A stretch of DNA of 64,000 bases. It comes from an uncultured Eubacteriales bacterium. Its GTDB lineage: Bacteria > Bacillota > Clostridia > Oscillospirales > Oscillospiraceae. Numbering within the stretch: position 1 is the stretch's first letter; the number at the start of each line of letters is the position of its first letter. A model generated the notes under the pieces. The model ran no database searches. It was not told the origin of the DNA and was given only the letters and a program-made list of their open reading frames with translations. Positions 46,048-56,908 of this stretch are shown piece after piece. The position numbers were made by a program, and so were the translations under genes. The stretch lies in contig CAUGSS010000004.1 in assembly GCA_959602365.1 (NCBI GenBank), forward strand, positions 21,811 through 85,810. The letters run 5' to 3'.

Positions 46048-47892
46048 ATGAATTTAAAAGCATGGATCAAATCAGCGGAAAACGCCAGAATCCGGCGCGC
46101 AATAGACCAGGGAGACCACCTATGCCGGCAAGACTGGGTGCTGTTTGGCGTGCTAGCGCTGTTTTGTTATGTCAGTTTTACCCAAAATGATCTCTTCATT
46201 ACGGGCAATCGCAGCTGGATGCTGTACGAAAGTTCATTTTTTGATTATTACGATGTGCTACATGCCTGGACCGGAGATTACGGTGCCAACTACATGCTCA
46301 GCACCTTTTTGCTGTATGCGGTCTGGATCCTCCCGTTAAAGCTGCTGGGATTTCAGCCACCACCGAATGTCATGCAGGACCGGCTCATTTATACCATGTG
46401 GTATAAGCTGCTGCCCGTCTTGTTTTACCTGGCCAGCGCGTATCTGCTGTATCGGATTGCGCTGGAGATGGGGCTGAACGGAAGACGGGCCAAAGTCTGC
46501 ATGTTCGCCTTTTTGACCATGCCGGTGGCGCTGTTCAGCCAGTTTATCTTTTCCCAGTACGACAGTTTCTGCGTTTTCTTTGTGTTGCTGGGAGTCTATT
46601 TCTATTTTCGTGGAAACCCCAAGGACAGGTGGCGGTTCTGCCTTTGCTTCGGTATTGCGGTCACTTTTAAGTACTTTGCGCTGCTGATTTTCTTCGTGTT
46701 GCTGCTGCTGGAAGAGAAGCGGGTTCGGATGATTCTGGCCCAGAGCGCCTGTATGGCGGTCCCCTTTGTCCTTGAGTTGCTTCCGTTTGTCCATTCCCAA
46801 GTCTTCCTTCAGAGCGTGTTCGGCTTTAACGCTCTGGACTATGCCACCCATGCTGATTTCTCCACAGCCCGTGGGTCTGTCAGTTTCTTTCAGGCGGCCT
46901 GCTGCTTTTTTGTGCTCTGGGCCTATTTTGTCCACCCCAAGGATCGGGAGGATCGCATTCGCTGGGGGCTGTATCTCAGTTGCGGCATGTGCTTCGCACT
47001 GTTTGGGCTGGCAGCGTGGCATCCCCAATGGCTGCTGTTTGCGGTGCCCTTTTGGGTGCTCAGCGCCTTTATCAGCCGGCATTTGGAAAAATTCCTCTGG
47101 CTGGAATTTGGGTTCTTACTCGTGTTCTACCCCTTTGTGGTGACCCACTGGCAGGGAAATGTGGACGAGGAGCTGCTCCGTCATGGGATTTGGAAGTATT
47201 TGTTGGTGGAGCGGACCGAATACCTGTCCATGGCGGATCTGATTTCCAAAATAGACCCCAATATTCTGTATACTGTTCTTCTGGTACTGATATTGGTTTT
47301 CTTTGTGTTCAAGCACCCCAAATATACACTGGAAAAATTAAACGAGGACAATGGCAGGGACTACATGTGGCTGATCCGTCTGCGTTTGGTGGCTGCTGTA
47401 CTGTTGTTCGCTGTCCCCGCTTTTATCTGTATGTATGATACAGTAACACACACCTATATCACTCCGACGGCCGCCGCCCCCACCCAATGGGTGGACGTCT
47501 ATGAGGGAGATACCTGCCGGCAGTATTTTTCCGGTGCGGATGGCTCCCTTCAGTATGTGGATATCCGCATCGCCACCTATGGCAGGGAAAATACCTGTGA
47601 TCTTGCGCTGACGCTGAGGGATGAGACCACCGGCGAGGTGTTGGCTACCGTTTTTGCTGATCAGGAGGAAATGAGAGACAGTGAGATGTATCGCTTCCAC
47701 TTCTCGGACGTGGAGCTGAGCCAGGACCACGATTACAGTGTGGCGCTGTCCTCGGATGGCGGTGCGGAAGGCAACTGCTTTGCGGTGGGGATTGCGCCGG
47801 ATCCAGATCCCACCGATGATCGGTACAGCTCAATTGATGGCATTGAAGATACCATGAATTTTTGTATGACGGCACAAGTGGCCAATCATTGA
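46048..47892 (+). CDS. polytopic membrane protein, GT-C-like glycosyltransferase candidate with C-terminal extracytoplasmic domain
   Basis: About 12 TM segments with an acidic loop, then a soluble C-terminal ~170 aa. It is the first gene of the glycan locus. The track start at 45877 is probably too early. Confidence 0.4.
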   Translation: MNLKAWIKSAENARIRRAIDQGDHLCRQDWVLFGVLALFCYVSFTQNDLFITGNRSWMLYESSFFDYYDVLHAWTGDYGANYMLSTFLLYAVWILPLKLLGFQPPPNVMQDRLIYTMWYKLLPVLFYLASAYLLYRIALEMGLNGRRAKVCMFAFLTMPVALFSQFIFSQYDSFCVFFVLLGVYFYFRGNPKDRWRFCLCFGIAVTFKYFALLIFFVLLLLEEKRVRMILAQSACMAVPFVLELLPFVHSQVFLQSVFGFNALDYATHADFSTARGSVSFFQAACCFFVLWAYFVHPKDREDRIRWGLYLSCGMCFALFGLAAWHPQWLLFAVPFWVLSAFISRHLEKFLWLEFGFLLVFYPFVVTHWQGNVDEELLRHGIWKYLLVERTEYLSMADLISKIDPNILYTVLLVLILVFFVFKHPKYTLEKLNEDNGRDYMWLIRLRLVAAVLLFAVPAFICMYDTVTHTYITPTAAAPTQWVDVYEGDTCRQYFSGADGSLQYVDIRIATYGRENTCDLALTLRDETTGEVLATVFADQEEMRDSEMYRFHFSDVELSQDHDYSVALSSDGGAEGNCFAVGIAPDPDPTDDRYSSIDGIEDTMNFCMTAQVANH

Positions 47893-47912
47893 TATACTTT
47901 TGGAGGAACAAT

Positions 47913-48686
47913 ATGAAAGTTGTGATTTTAGCCGGAGGGTTCGGCACCCGGATTTCAGAGGAGTCCCAATATAAGCCCAAGCCCATGGTGGAGATCGGCG
48001 GCATGCCCATTCTGTGGCATATTATGAAGGGTTATTCTCATTTTGGATTTAATGATTTTATCATTTGCGCCGGATACAAGCAGCATATGGTGAAGGAGTG
48101 GTTCTCCAATTATTTCCTCTACACCAGTGATGTGACCTTCGACTTTACATCCAACAATAAGACAGTCATCCATCATCGCCACGCAGAACCCTGGAAGGTC
48201 ACCGTGGTGGACACCGGTCTGCACACCATGACCGGCGGCCGGATCAAGCGGATTCAGCCCTATGTGGGGGACGAGCCCTTTCTGATGACCTACGGTGACG
48301 GGGTCTGCGACGTGGACATTTCCAAGCTGGTGGAGTTCCACAAGGGCCATGGTAAAATTGCCACACTGACCGCCGTGGTGCAGAAACAGGAAAAGGGTGT
48401 GCTGGATATTGGCGCAATGGGGGCTGTCAAAAGCTTCCGGGAGAAACAGGTCAATGACGGTGCCGCTATTAACGCTGGCTTTATGGTGCTGCAGCCGGAG
48501 ATCTTTGACTATCTGGAAGACGACCAAACAGTTTTTGAAACAAAACCCTTGGAGCGGCTGGTGGAGGAGGGGCAGCTGATGAGCTACCGCCATGACGGCT
48601 ATTGGCAGTGCATGGACTCCATGCGGGAAAAAATGATGCTGGAAGAGCTGTGGGAATCGGGGAAAGCGCCATGGAAAATTTGGTAA
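47913..48686 (+). CDS. rfbF: glucose-1-phosphate cytidylyltransferase
   Basis: MKVVILAGGFGTRISEESQYKPKPMVEIGGMPILWHIM is near-canonical RfbF. RBS TGGAGG. Confidence 0.9.
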   Translation: MKVVILAGGFGTRISEESQYKPKPMVEIGGMPILWHIMKGYSHFGFNDFIICAGYKQHMVKEWFSNYFLYTSDVTFDFTSNNKTVIHHRHAEPWKVTVVDTGLHTMTGGRIKRIQPYVGDEPFLMTYGDGVCDVDISKLVEFHKGHGKIATLTAVVQKQEKGVLDIGAMGAVKSFREKQVNDGAAINAGFMVLQPEIFDYLEDDQTVFETKPLERLVEEGQLMSYRHDGYWQCMDSMREKMMLEELWESGKAPWKIW

Positions 48687-49741
48687 GCGATATTTTGGAA
48701 TTTTATCGGGGCAAGCGGGTGTTTGTCACCGGACATACCGGGTTCAAAGGCAGCTGGTTGTGCCGTATCCTGGTAAACGCAGGGGCCCAGGTCACCGGCT
48801 ATTCTTTGGAGCCGCCCACCCAGCCCAATCTCTTTTCCCTGGCGGGGCTGGAGGGAAAGATGACCAGCGTAATTGGGGATATCCGGGATTTTGAAACCCT
48901 CAAGGCGGCTTTTGACGCGGCTGCGCCCCAGGTGGTGTTTCATTTGGCGGCTCAGCCCATTGTCCGGGACAGCTATAAGGACCCTCGCTACACTTATGAG
49001 ACCAACGTGATGGGCACCGTCAATCTGCTGGAATGCGTCAGATTGAGCCAGGGCGTGGAGAGCGTTTTAAACGTCACCACAGACAAGGTCTATTATAACA
49101 ATGAGTGGGCCTGGGGCTACCGGGAAAACGAGTTTCTGGATGGATTTGATCCCTACAGCAACTCCAAATCCTGCTCGGAATTGGCTACCCACAGCTATCA
49201 GCGGAGCTTTTTCTCCGACGGGACTGTGGCGATTTCCACCGCCCGGGCGGGCAATGTGATTGGCGGCGGAGATTTTGCCAATGACCGGATTATTCCGGAC
49301 TGTATTCGGGCGGTGAGCCAGGGAAAGACCATCGGCATTCGCAACCCCTATTCCACCCGGCCTTACCAGCATGTGCTGGAGCCGCTGTTCGCCTATCTGA
49401 TGATTGCCGCCATGCAGGCCAAGGATTTGAAATACGCCGGCAGCTACAATGTGGGCCCCGACGACTGCGATTGCGTCACCACCGGCGAACTGGCGGATTT
49501 GTTTTGCCGCAGCTGGGGCCAAGGAGTCCAGTGGGACAACCAGGCGGAAGCCAACGCTCCCCACGAGGCAAATTTCCTGAAGCTGGACTGCAGCAAATTG
49601 AAGGCCACCTTTGGGTGGCATCCCCGCTGGCACATCGGCGAAGCGGTGGATATGGTGTGTGCCTGGAGCCGGGTATGGCTGGCGGGCGAAAATATTCCCG
49701 ATGAAATGGATCGAGAGATCAGAGAATACATGGAGGTTTGA
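48671..49741 (+). CDS. rfbG: CDP-glucose 4,6-dehydratase
   Basis: VFVTGHTGFKGSWL Rossmann motif and YSNSK; start at the internal Met MENLVSD. Confidence 0.85.
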   Translation: MENLVSDILEFYRGKRVFVTGHTGFKGSWLCRILVNAGAQVTGYSLEPPTQPNLFSLAGLEGKMTSVIGDIRDFETLKAAFDAAAPQVVFHLAAQPIVRDSYKDPRYTYETNVMGTVNLLECVRLSQGVESVLNVTTDKVYYNNEWAWGYRENEFLDGFDPYSNSKSCSELATHSYQRSFFSDGTVAISTARAGNVIGGGDFANDRIIPDCIRAVSQGKTIGIRNPYSTRPYQHVLEPLFAYLMIAAMQAKDLKYAGSYNVGPDDCDCVTTGELADLFCRSWGQGVQWDNQAEANAPHEANFLKLDCSKLKATFGWHPRWHIGEAVDMVCAWSRVWLAGENIPDEMDREIREYMEV

Positions 49742-51090
49742 CTGAAATGGCACATTGGAGCAATGAGGCGGAAGCCCGCCAGCAGATTAAAGCGCTTGTA
49801 GCGGAGTATTATCACGATTTCAAGGAAAATAAGGCTCAGTTTCAGCCGGGTGACCGCATCTCCTATGCTTCCCGGGTTTTTGACGAAAAAGAGATGTGCG
49901 CCCTGACCGATGCTACGCTGGATTTCTGGCTGACCACCGGCCGGTTTGCCGATCAGTTTGAGAAGGAATTTGCCGAATGGATTGGAGTCAAGTATGCCCA
50001 TCTGGTCAACAGCGGCTCTTCCGCCAACCTGATCGCCTTTTCTGTTTTGACAGCCCCCGAACTGGGAGAGCGCCAGATCAAGCCCGGTGACGAGATCATC
50101 ACCGTGGCCTGCGGCTTCCCTACCACGGTGACCCCCGCCCTCCAGTATGGCGCGGTGCCGGTGTTTGTGGACGTGACGGTGCCTCAGTATAACATCGATG
50201 TCAGCAAACTGGAGGCAGCCCTGAGCCCCAGAACCAAGGCTGTCATGATCGCCCACACCCTGGGCAACCCCTTTGATCTGGCCACGGTCAAGGCCTTCTG
50301 CGATGAGCATAACCTCTGGCTGGTGGAGGACAACTGCGACGCTCTGGGTACCCAGTACACCATTGACGGCGAGACCCGGTTCACCGGCACCTGGGGCGAT
50401 ATCGGCACCTCCAGCTTCTATCCCCCTCACCACATGACCATGGGCGAGGGCGGCTGTGTTTATACCAACAATCCTCAGCTGCACCGGCTGATCCTGTCCT
50501 ACCGGGACTGGGGCCGGGATTGCATCTGCCCCTCCGGCCACGACAACTTCTGCGGCCACCGGTTCGACGGCCAGTATGGCGAGCTGCCCCGGGGTTATGA
50601 CCACAAGTATGTGTACAGCCATTTCGGCTACAACCTGAAGGTGACGGATCTGCAGGCGGCCATCGGCTGCGAGCAGCTGAAGAAGTTCCCCTCCTTCATT
50701 GAGCGCCGCCGCCACAACTGGGACCGGCTCCGCGCCGCCCTGGCTTCCGCGGAAGACAAGCTGATTCTGCCTGAGCCCGCCCCCAACAGCCGCCCCTCCT
50801 GGTTTGGTTTCCTGATCTCGGTGCGGCCTGAGAGCGGTCTGGACCGCAACAAGGTCACCCGCTATGTGGAGGATCACAATGTGCAGACCCGTCTGCTGTT
50901 CAGCGGCAACCTGATCAAGCATCCCTGCTTTGACCAGATCCGGGGCACCGATGCCTATCGGGTGGTGGGTGAGCTCACCGGCACTGATTTTATTCTCAAT
51001 AACACCTTCTGGGTGGGCGTATATCCCGGCATGACCGACGAGATGATCGATTATATGGCGAAAGTGATCAAAGAGGCAATCTATAATTAA
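49738..51090 (+). CDS. rfbH: CDP-6-deoxy-D-xylo-4-hexulose-3-dehydrase (RfbH/DdhC, DegT family PLP enzyme)
   Basis: DegT/DnrJ/EryC1 fold with the RfbH-specific Cys-rich insert (CICPSGHDNFCGHRF). Confidence 0.8.
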   Translation: MTEMAHWSNEAEARQQIKALVAEYYHDFKENKAQFQPGDRISYASRVFDEKEMCALTDATLDFWLTTGRFADQFEKEFAEWIGVKYAHLVNSGSSANLIAFSVLTAPELGERQIKPGDEIITVACGFPTTVTPALQYGAVPVFVDVTVPQYNIDVSKLEAALSPRTKAVMIAHTLGNPFDLATVKAFCDEHNLWLVEDNCDALGTQYTIDGETRFTGTWGDIGTSSFYPPHHMTMGEGGCVYTNNPQLHRLILSYRDWGRDCICPSGHDNFCGHRFDGQYGELPRGYDHKYVYSHFGYNLKVTDLQAAIGCEQLKKFPSFIERRRHNWDRLRAALASAEDKLILPEPAPNSRPSWFGFLISVRPESGLDRNKVTRYVEDHNVQTRLLFSGNLIKHPCFDQIRGTDAYRVVGELTGTDFILNNTFWVGVYPGMTDEMIDYMAKVIKEAIYN

Positions 51091-51143
51091 TTTGCATCTT
51101 TTGGGGACTATAGCACCATTCTTTTGCTTTTAAAAAGCACGGT

Positions 51144-52214
51144 TTGATCATCGTTTGTGCGTTTGCCGTACTCACTTTATACCGAAAGGCGGAGCATATT
51201 TTGTCCGAGAAAAGGATTGAATGGATTGATGTCTTAAAAGGAATTGGCATTATTCTGGTAATATTGGGGCATACTCACGTGCTGTTCCGAACGTATATTT
51301 TTTCTTTTCACATGCCATTGTTCTTTTTTATCTCCGGTTATCTATTTACCATTGACCGATACAAGAATTTTGCAGAATTTGCTTGTAAAAAAGTGAAATC
51401 TATATTAGTCCCCTATCTGTTTCTTTGTATTGTTTCATTGATTTTAGCATTTATTGTTTCCGGCTCTGAAACAAACCCGCTTGAATTTGTAAAACAAATT
51501 GTCATTTCAAAAAGAAACGCAATGCCGGTGAATCCAACCTTATGGTTTTTAACATGCCTGTTCGCTATTGAGCTGCTTTTTTATCTGCTCACAAGAGCAT
51601 TAAAAAATGATTTGATAAAAAGTGGATTCATTATCGTTCTCTCTCTTCTTGGATTCAACGTTTCATTGAATGCCACTTTACCATTTTCATTTAATCTTTC
51701 TTTGTATTATTTATTGTTCTACTTGATTGGAAATCTAACCAAGAAGGTCAAGGACAACCATGCTGTAAAATACATCGGTTTTGCTTGTCTTGGCATTTCA
51801 ATTGTTTTGCTCATCTATCCTTCTTACTTCGATGTTCTGCAATCTACGTTTGAAACAAAAGGCTATTATGTTTCATATGTATATTCTGTGCTGATTGCAA
51901 TGATTGGCATATTGGGGTGTATGTCTTTAAGCCGAATCCTAGTACACTCGCAGTATCTAAAAAGGCTGGGGCAAAACACCATACTAATTTTTGCAATACA
52001 TATTTTTATTTTGGATGGTGCCTACTATCTCTTGACATCTTTAGGTTTAACAGTAAACCAAGGATACAATATTTATGGGGTTACCATTACCATTGTTTGT
52101 TTAATCGTTCTAAAACCCATCATTCAATTTATTAACAATTACTTTGGGATGTTTTTGGGAAAACTTCCTTTCAAAGCTAAAAATGATGTTGATTGCCATC
52201 AAACTTTGCCCTAA
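51144..52214 (+). CDS. acyltransferase family 3 membrane protein (sugar O-acetyltransferase)
   Basis: RIEWIDVLKGIGIILVILGH N-terminal motif and about 10 TM segments. Confidence 0.7.
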   Translation: MIIVCAFAVLTLYRKAEHILSEKRIEWIDVLKGIGIILVILGHTHVLFRTYIFSFHMPLFFFISGYLFTIDRYKNFAEFACKKVKSILVPYLFLCIVSLILAFIVSGSETNPLEFVKQIVISKRNAMPVNPTLWFLTCLFAIELLFYLLTRALKNDLIKSGFIIVLSLLGFNVSLNATLPFSFNLSLYYLLFYLIGNLTKKVKDNHAVKYIGFACLGISIVLLIYPSYFDVLQSTFETKGYYVSYVYSVLIAMIGILGCMSLSRILVHSQYLKRLGQNTILIFAIHIFILDGAYYLLTSLGLTVNQGYNIYGVTITIVCLIVLKPIIQFINNYFGMFLGKLPFKAKNDVDCHQTLP

Positions 52215-52395
52215 ACCATGGCCGCGTATTATTACAGAAGCTATATCCCTTATTGCCTTGGAGCTTTATATTGAAACGGATCGTTTTTAACAGTTTGCTC
52301 CAACCTGCGTGTTGGGAAAAAGCTATCGGGTGACGCAAAATCTGCAATTTGGATCGCATTACCAAAATTACCCAAAACAATAGGAATTCACCAAA

Positions 52396-53631
52396 ATGTT
52401 AAAAAACACTCTTTTAAATTCAGGCAGTTCCATTCTCTATTTTTTCCTTCAATGGCTCACCACTGTCTTGTCCGTACGGTTTGCCAGCTTTGAAACAGCG
52501 GGCGTTTTTGCCCTTGCCATATCTTTTACTAATATTTTTTACTTCTTAGCTTTATTTGGAATCCGGAATTTTCAAGTCAGTGACGTGACCAATACGTATT
52601 CCAACGGCCAATATGCTGCAGCCCGTCTTGTGGCGGCTTTCATCGCATTGGTGGGCTTTCTGTCTGCTGCATTTCTGACTGATCTGTCTCCGTATGTCTT
52701 TGGATGCTATTTTATCTACATGATCTTTAAGCTATTTGAGGCATACACGGAAGGATATTTTGCTGTCCTGCAAAAGCACAACAGATATGGAATGCTGGCC
52801 GTTTCCTATTCGCTGAAAGGCATAGTTTCTACTGTAGCCTTTGCACTAGTGCTGTGGTTTACCCACGACTTGTTGGGTGCAATCGTGGTAATGACTGTCG
52901 GATATTTTGCCGTTATTTTAGTCGTCGATCTACCCATGATCATTCGAATGGGCCCCTGCAAAATACAACTACGCGGTTGCGCAAAAATCCTTTATCACTG
53001 CATCCCCCTGTTGTTAATCTCTCTATCCGTCCCCATTATGAATTATATAACGCGTTATGCCATTGGGCTGAAACTCAGCGAATATGATGTGGGACAATAC
53101 TCTTCGCTGTCCAGTGTCATCGTCGTCATGAGCACTCTGGCGGGAGCAATATTTGTTGTTTTTATTCCGGAAATAAGCCTCTGGCGAAACCAGGGCAAGT
53201 GGGGCAGAATACGCCGCCTGATCTTATGGGTATTGCTGTTCATGGCTTTAGCAGGCGTTGCGGCAGTCATTGTTGGTAAATTGCTTGGCGCATTTGTGTG
53301 TGTGCTGATTTTTGGCGAAGAAATCTTAGACAATATAGATCTGCTCATCCCTCTGCTGATTACAGCAACACTGCTGATGATTAAAAGCTTCTTTTCCGCT
53401 TTACTGGTGTCAATTCAGCAGAGGAAGCAATTATTAATCGGCGAGTGTTGTGGAACCTTAGCATGTGTACTGACTGCAATTCCTCTAACCTCCATCTATG
53501 GAATGCATGGCGCCAATTTTAGTTATGCATTGGGTGTGATATTGCAGATATTGACGCTCGGCGCATTTACGCTGATTTTTATACGGCAGTCTGAAAAAGG
53601 AAAGGAACACCATGAAGAAAACGTTGCGTAA
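52396..53631 (+). CDS. Wzx-type polysaccharide flippase (MOP superfamily)
   Basis: 411-aa ORF with 12 TM segments and the polysaccharide biosynthesis protein pattern. Confidence 0.65.
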   Translation: MLKNTLLNSGSSILYFFLQWLTTVLSVRFASFETAGVFALAISFTNIFYFLALFGIRNFQVSDVTNTYSNGQYAAARLVAAFIALVGFLSAAFLTDLSPYVFGCYFIYMIFKLFEAYTEGYFAVLQKHNRYGMLAVSYSLKGIVSTVAFALVLWFTHDLLGAIVVMTVGYFAVILVVDLPMIIRMGPCKIQLRGCAKILYHCIPLLLISLSVPIMNYITRYAIGLKLSEYDVGQYSSLSSVIVVMSTLAGAIFVVFIPEISLWRNQGKWGRIRRLILWVLLFMALAGVAAVIVGKLLGAFVCVLIFGEEILDNIDLLIPLLITATLLMIKSFFSALLVSIQQRKQLLIGECCGTLACVLTAIPLTSIYGMHGANFSYALGVILQILTLGAFTLIFIRQSEKGKEHHEENVA

Positions 53632-55846
53632 TCTCTCCAAAAGCAAACTTTTGCTGGTGCTCGTATTGATTGCAATTTTTTCACTTTATTGGGTGCGGGT
53701 GGTAAATTTGGACCAAGATCTGCCCGCATGGGGTGTGGTCAATTACCAGCCAAAAGACGAGGGGTGCTATTCCTTACTTGCAGTCTATGAATGGGAATAC
53801 GGCACCATTGCTCCCGAAAATCCCCTGGATTCCAGCGGCTCCACCATGTATACCCAGGAGCATATCAGAACGAATTTGCTGGGTAATATTCTGGGGATTG
53901 CTGGATTCCATATTTTCGGAGACAATTATTACGGTCTCAGAATGCCCATGGTGGTTCTCGGCTTCTTCAATCTTGCCGTGATGTTGGCCGTGTTGTTATT
54001 GCTTCGACGACAGTATGGAAAACACACCATGGCAGAATTGTGGGGAATTGCGGGACTTATTTTGTTGGTTTCCCTGCATTTTTATTTCTATGTCTCTTCA
54101 AGAACCGTGGAGCCTTCCACCCTCAGAATGTTTTTTGTGCAGCTGCTTGTCCTGATTTGGCTTTGTCTGCGAAACCATCCTAAACTCTGCTTTTTCCTGA
54201 TGGGGGCATGTATCACCACCTCTGTCTTTCTGGTTTATATCACAAACATCTTTCTATATCTGGCGGTGGGACTCCTCCTTCTGATGATATGGAAAATAGA
54301 GGGATTCCGGGCATTTATCCGCAATACGCTCTTCTTTGCATTGGGTTCCTTGCTCTTGTTGTTTGTCGCTGAAGCATATTACCGCCACTTCTGGGATTGC
54401 TCCACACTGGGTAATTTCTTTGGGGCAATCGGGCTGTTTACAGGGATCGATGGCTATCAATTAAGTACGGACGGCGGTTTGTCTGGCCTGATTGTCGGCG
54501 CAATTAAAGGTACGTTTCAGTACTTCAGTTCCTTTGTCTTGCTATATGCTCCTGCGCTGCTGGCTCTCTCTGTGGCGCTGCTGCCTGTATTCTTTTATCA
54601 GGTTGTTTCCCAGAAAGATAAAACGATGTTTTTCATGCTGGCTGTTCCCGCATGCTTCTTGCTCCAGACAATGGTTTCTCAAGATTATATCTGGAGAAAG
54701 TTTCTGGTGGTGGCTCCCTGCTTTATCTATTTGGTATTTTGGGGATTTTTGCAGAATGCGGAAATTTTTGAACTGTACCAGCGCTGGACGGCATTTTGCG
54801 ATCGTTTCTCCGGAAAATGGAGAAGCAAAAGTTTGAAGTGCCTGCCGTTCATCTATCTTGTTTTGTCCCTGTTGTTTACCCTGTTCATGGTTTATTATCA
54901 CTTGGTGCGCTGCACTGATCTGGGTAAATTGGATATGACCACCATTGATAAACTGGTGATCCTTTTGTTTGGTTGTATTCCGTTGATCGTATGGGCATTT
55001 TTGCTGGTACGCAAAACATACCGCAACCAGAAAATATCCATTTTAATGTCGGTCTGCCTGTTGGGTGGAGCTACCCTTGCGCTGAATCTTTGCATGTTGG
55101 GATACCATGTATGGATTCACCCCACGTTTGCAGAAAGAGATATGATGGTCAGCCTATCTGATGAGTATGATCTGGACAATGAATATGTGATTGGCGATTG
55201 CGTGATGGGCATTACTTTATATAATGACTTAAAACTTGTAATCGTTGATTATACCGATTATGCAAATCTAATGGTTGACAATCCTGGTTTAAAACTCTTT
55301 ATGTATTCCACCGACTCCGCTGGGATGAGAGAGTATCTTGACACGACGATTTTTTCCACTTTAAGTGATTATACTGCAAAACAGATTTGCGTTATTCCAG
55401 GTACTCTGCAGATACAAGGCAGCATAAGAGACTTTGCCCTGTATGAAGCCGCTCTGCGCAAGGACGTACAGAAGGAACTTCAGGAAGACGTAAACGACCG
55501 TATGCTGTATGTGCAGGAACAATACCGAATCTTAGAAGAAAATTCCGAAGGACTGTCTCTTGAAGAAATATCAGAGCGAAAAGAAAAATTACAACAACTG
55601 CTTGCGGAATATTCCTCTGCATACGGTGATCAATATGGGGATATTCACGGCGATATTACCACGCCCTTCTATGTAGATATCTATGGGGATATTTATGGCG
55701 ACATTTATGCCCCAATCTATGGAAGAATTTTTGGGGATGTCTATGGCTCAATTTATGCACCGGTAGAGGGAGATATTTACGGCGATGTCTATGGTTCATT
55801 TGACGATGAGACCGACGGCCAGGTGCATGGAACGGTATATGGATAA
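53612..55846 (+). CDS. large polytopic membrane protein (putative polymerase/GT-C) with C-terminal IYGD tandem repeats
   Basis: 744-aa ORF with about 14 TM segments. The C-terminal tail is YGDQYGDIHGDIT...IYGDIYGDIYAPIYGRIFGDVYGSIYAPVEGDIYGDVYG. Confidence 0.4.
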   Translation: MKKTLRNLSKSKLLLVLVLIAIFSLYWVRVVNLDQDLPAWGVVNYQPKDEGCYSLLAVYEWEYGTIAPENPLDSSGSTMYTQEHIRTNLLGNILGIAGFHIFGDNYYGLRMPMVVLGFFNLAVMLAVLLLLRRQYGKHTMAELWGIAGLILLVSLHFYFYVSSRTVEPSTLRMFFVQLLVLIWLCLRNHPKLCFFLMGACITTSVFLVYITNIFLYLAVGLLLLMIWKIEGFRAFIRNTLFFALGSLLLLFVAEAYYRHFWDCSTLGNFFGAIGLFTGIDGYQLSTDGGLSGLIVGAIKGTFQYFSSFVLLYAPALLALSVALLPVFFYQVVSQKDKTMFFMLAVPACFLLQTMVSQDYIWRKFLVVAPCFIYLVFWGFLQNAEIFELYQRWTAFCDRFSGKWRSKSLKCLPFIYLVLSLLFTLFMVYYHLVRCTDLGKLDMTTIDKLVILLFGCIPLIVWAFLLVRKTYRNQKISILMSVCLLGGATLALNLCMLGYHVWIHPTFAERDMMVSLSDEYDLDNEYVIGDCVMGITLYNDLKLVIVDYTDYANLMVDNPGLKLFMYSTDSAGMREYLDTTIFSTLSDYTAKQICVIPGTLQIQGSIRDFALYEAALRKDVQKELQEDVNDRMLYVQEQYRILEENSEGLSLEEISERKEKLQQLLAEYSSAYGDQYGDIHGDITTPFYVDIYGDIYGDIYAPIYGRIFGDVYGSIYAPVEGDIYGDVYGSFDDETDGQVHGTVYG

Positions 55847-55887
55847 CACCCCCAGACTGTTTTTCTAATGAAGTTCGAGGTTGATGA

Positions 55888-56850
55888 TTGATGAAAAAAC
55901 TGATTTCCATTGTGTCTGGCTGCTATAATGAGGAGGAAAATCTCCCGCTGTACTATGAAGCCATTTGCAAAATCATGGATTCCTTGCCGCAATATGATTT
56001 TGAATGCTTGCTGGCAGATAACTGCTCCACCGATGATTCCGCCCGGGTTTTAGAAGAGATTGCCTGTCGTGACCGTCGCTTTAAGGTAATCTTTAATTTA
56101 AAAAACTACGGTCCCGACCGCTCTGGCGCTAACTTATTTTTCCGGGCCAGCGGAGATGCAATCATTAACCTAGCAAGTGATCTACAGGATCCGCCAGAAC
56201 TCATCCCCGTTTTTCTGGAGAAGTGGGAAGCAGGCAACAAAATTGTCTGGGGTCAGCGGGAAAAAGCCGAGGGCAGCCAGATGATGGAATGGGTTCGCAA
56301 ACTTTATTATCGCATTATCTGTAACATTTCGGAAAACCAGGAAGTCGAACGTGCCAATGGGTTTGGATTATATGACCGGGAAGTAGTTGATTGGATTAAG
56401 AAGGTCGGAGATCCCGTGCCCTTTATTCGAAATTTAGTGACAGATTTTGGGTACACACCATGTTTGGTTCCCTATGAACGCCGGGCTCGTAAAAAAGGAA
56501 AGAGCAGTTATAACTTCTTTCGCTATGTAAATGATGCATTGGCGGGTATGGTGGCCACTTCCCGCGTCCCTCTGCGGCTGGCTACCTACCTGGGTTTTTT
56601 CACTGCTGCAATCAGTTTTGTGCTGGCGTTAATCTACCTCATTGCAAAGCTGACAAACTGGTATGGATTTGATGCAGGTATCGCGCCACTGATTATTGGG
56701 CTTTTCTTCCTTGGCTCAGTTCAGTTGATCTGTTTGGGCATTGTGGGAGAATATATCAGCGATATTTTAACGCGTGTTAAACACCGCCCCCTGGTAATCG
56801 AACGCAAAACACTAAATTTTGAAAAGAAAACGCAAGAAGAAAAATTGTAA
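55888..56850 (+). CDS. GT2 polyprenyl-phosphate glycosyltransferase (GtrB/ArnC-like)
   Basis: ISIVSGCYNEEEN and DxD GT-A motifs plus two C-terminal TM helices. Confidence 0.8.
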   Translation: MMKKLISIVSGCYNEEENLPLYYEAICKIMDSLPQYDFECLLADNCSTDDSARVLEEIACRDRRFKVIFNLKNYGPDRSGANLFFRASGDAIINLASDLQDPPELIPVFLEKWEAGNKIVWGQREKAEGSQMMEWVRKLYYRIICNISENQEVERANGFGLYDREVVDWIKKVGDPVPFIRNLVTDFGYTPCLVPYERRARKKGKSSYNFFRYVNDALAGMVATSRVPLRLATYLGFFTAAISFVLALIYLIAKLTNWYGFDAGIAPLIIGLFFLGSVQLICLGIVGEYISDILTRVKHRPLVIERKTLNFEKKTQEEKL

Positions 56851-56908
56851 TTTTTGCTTCACTGATTGGATTTGAGCTGTTTTGAAAACAAAAAAGGAGT
56901 GATTTTAT

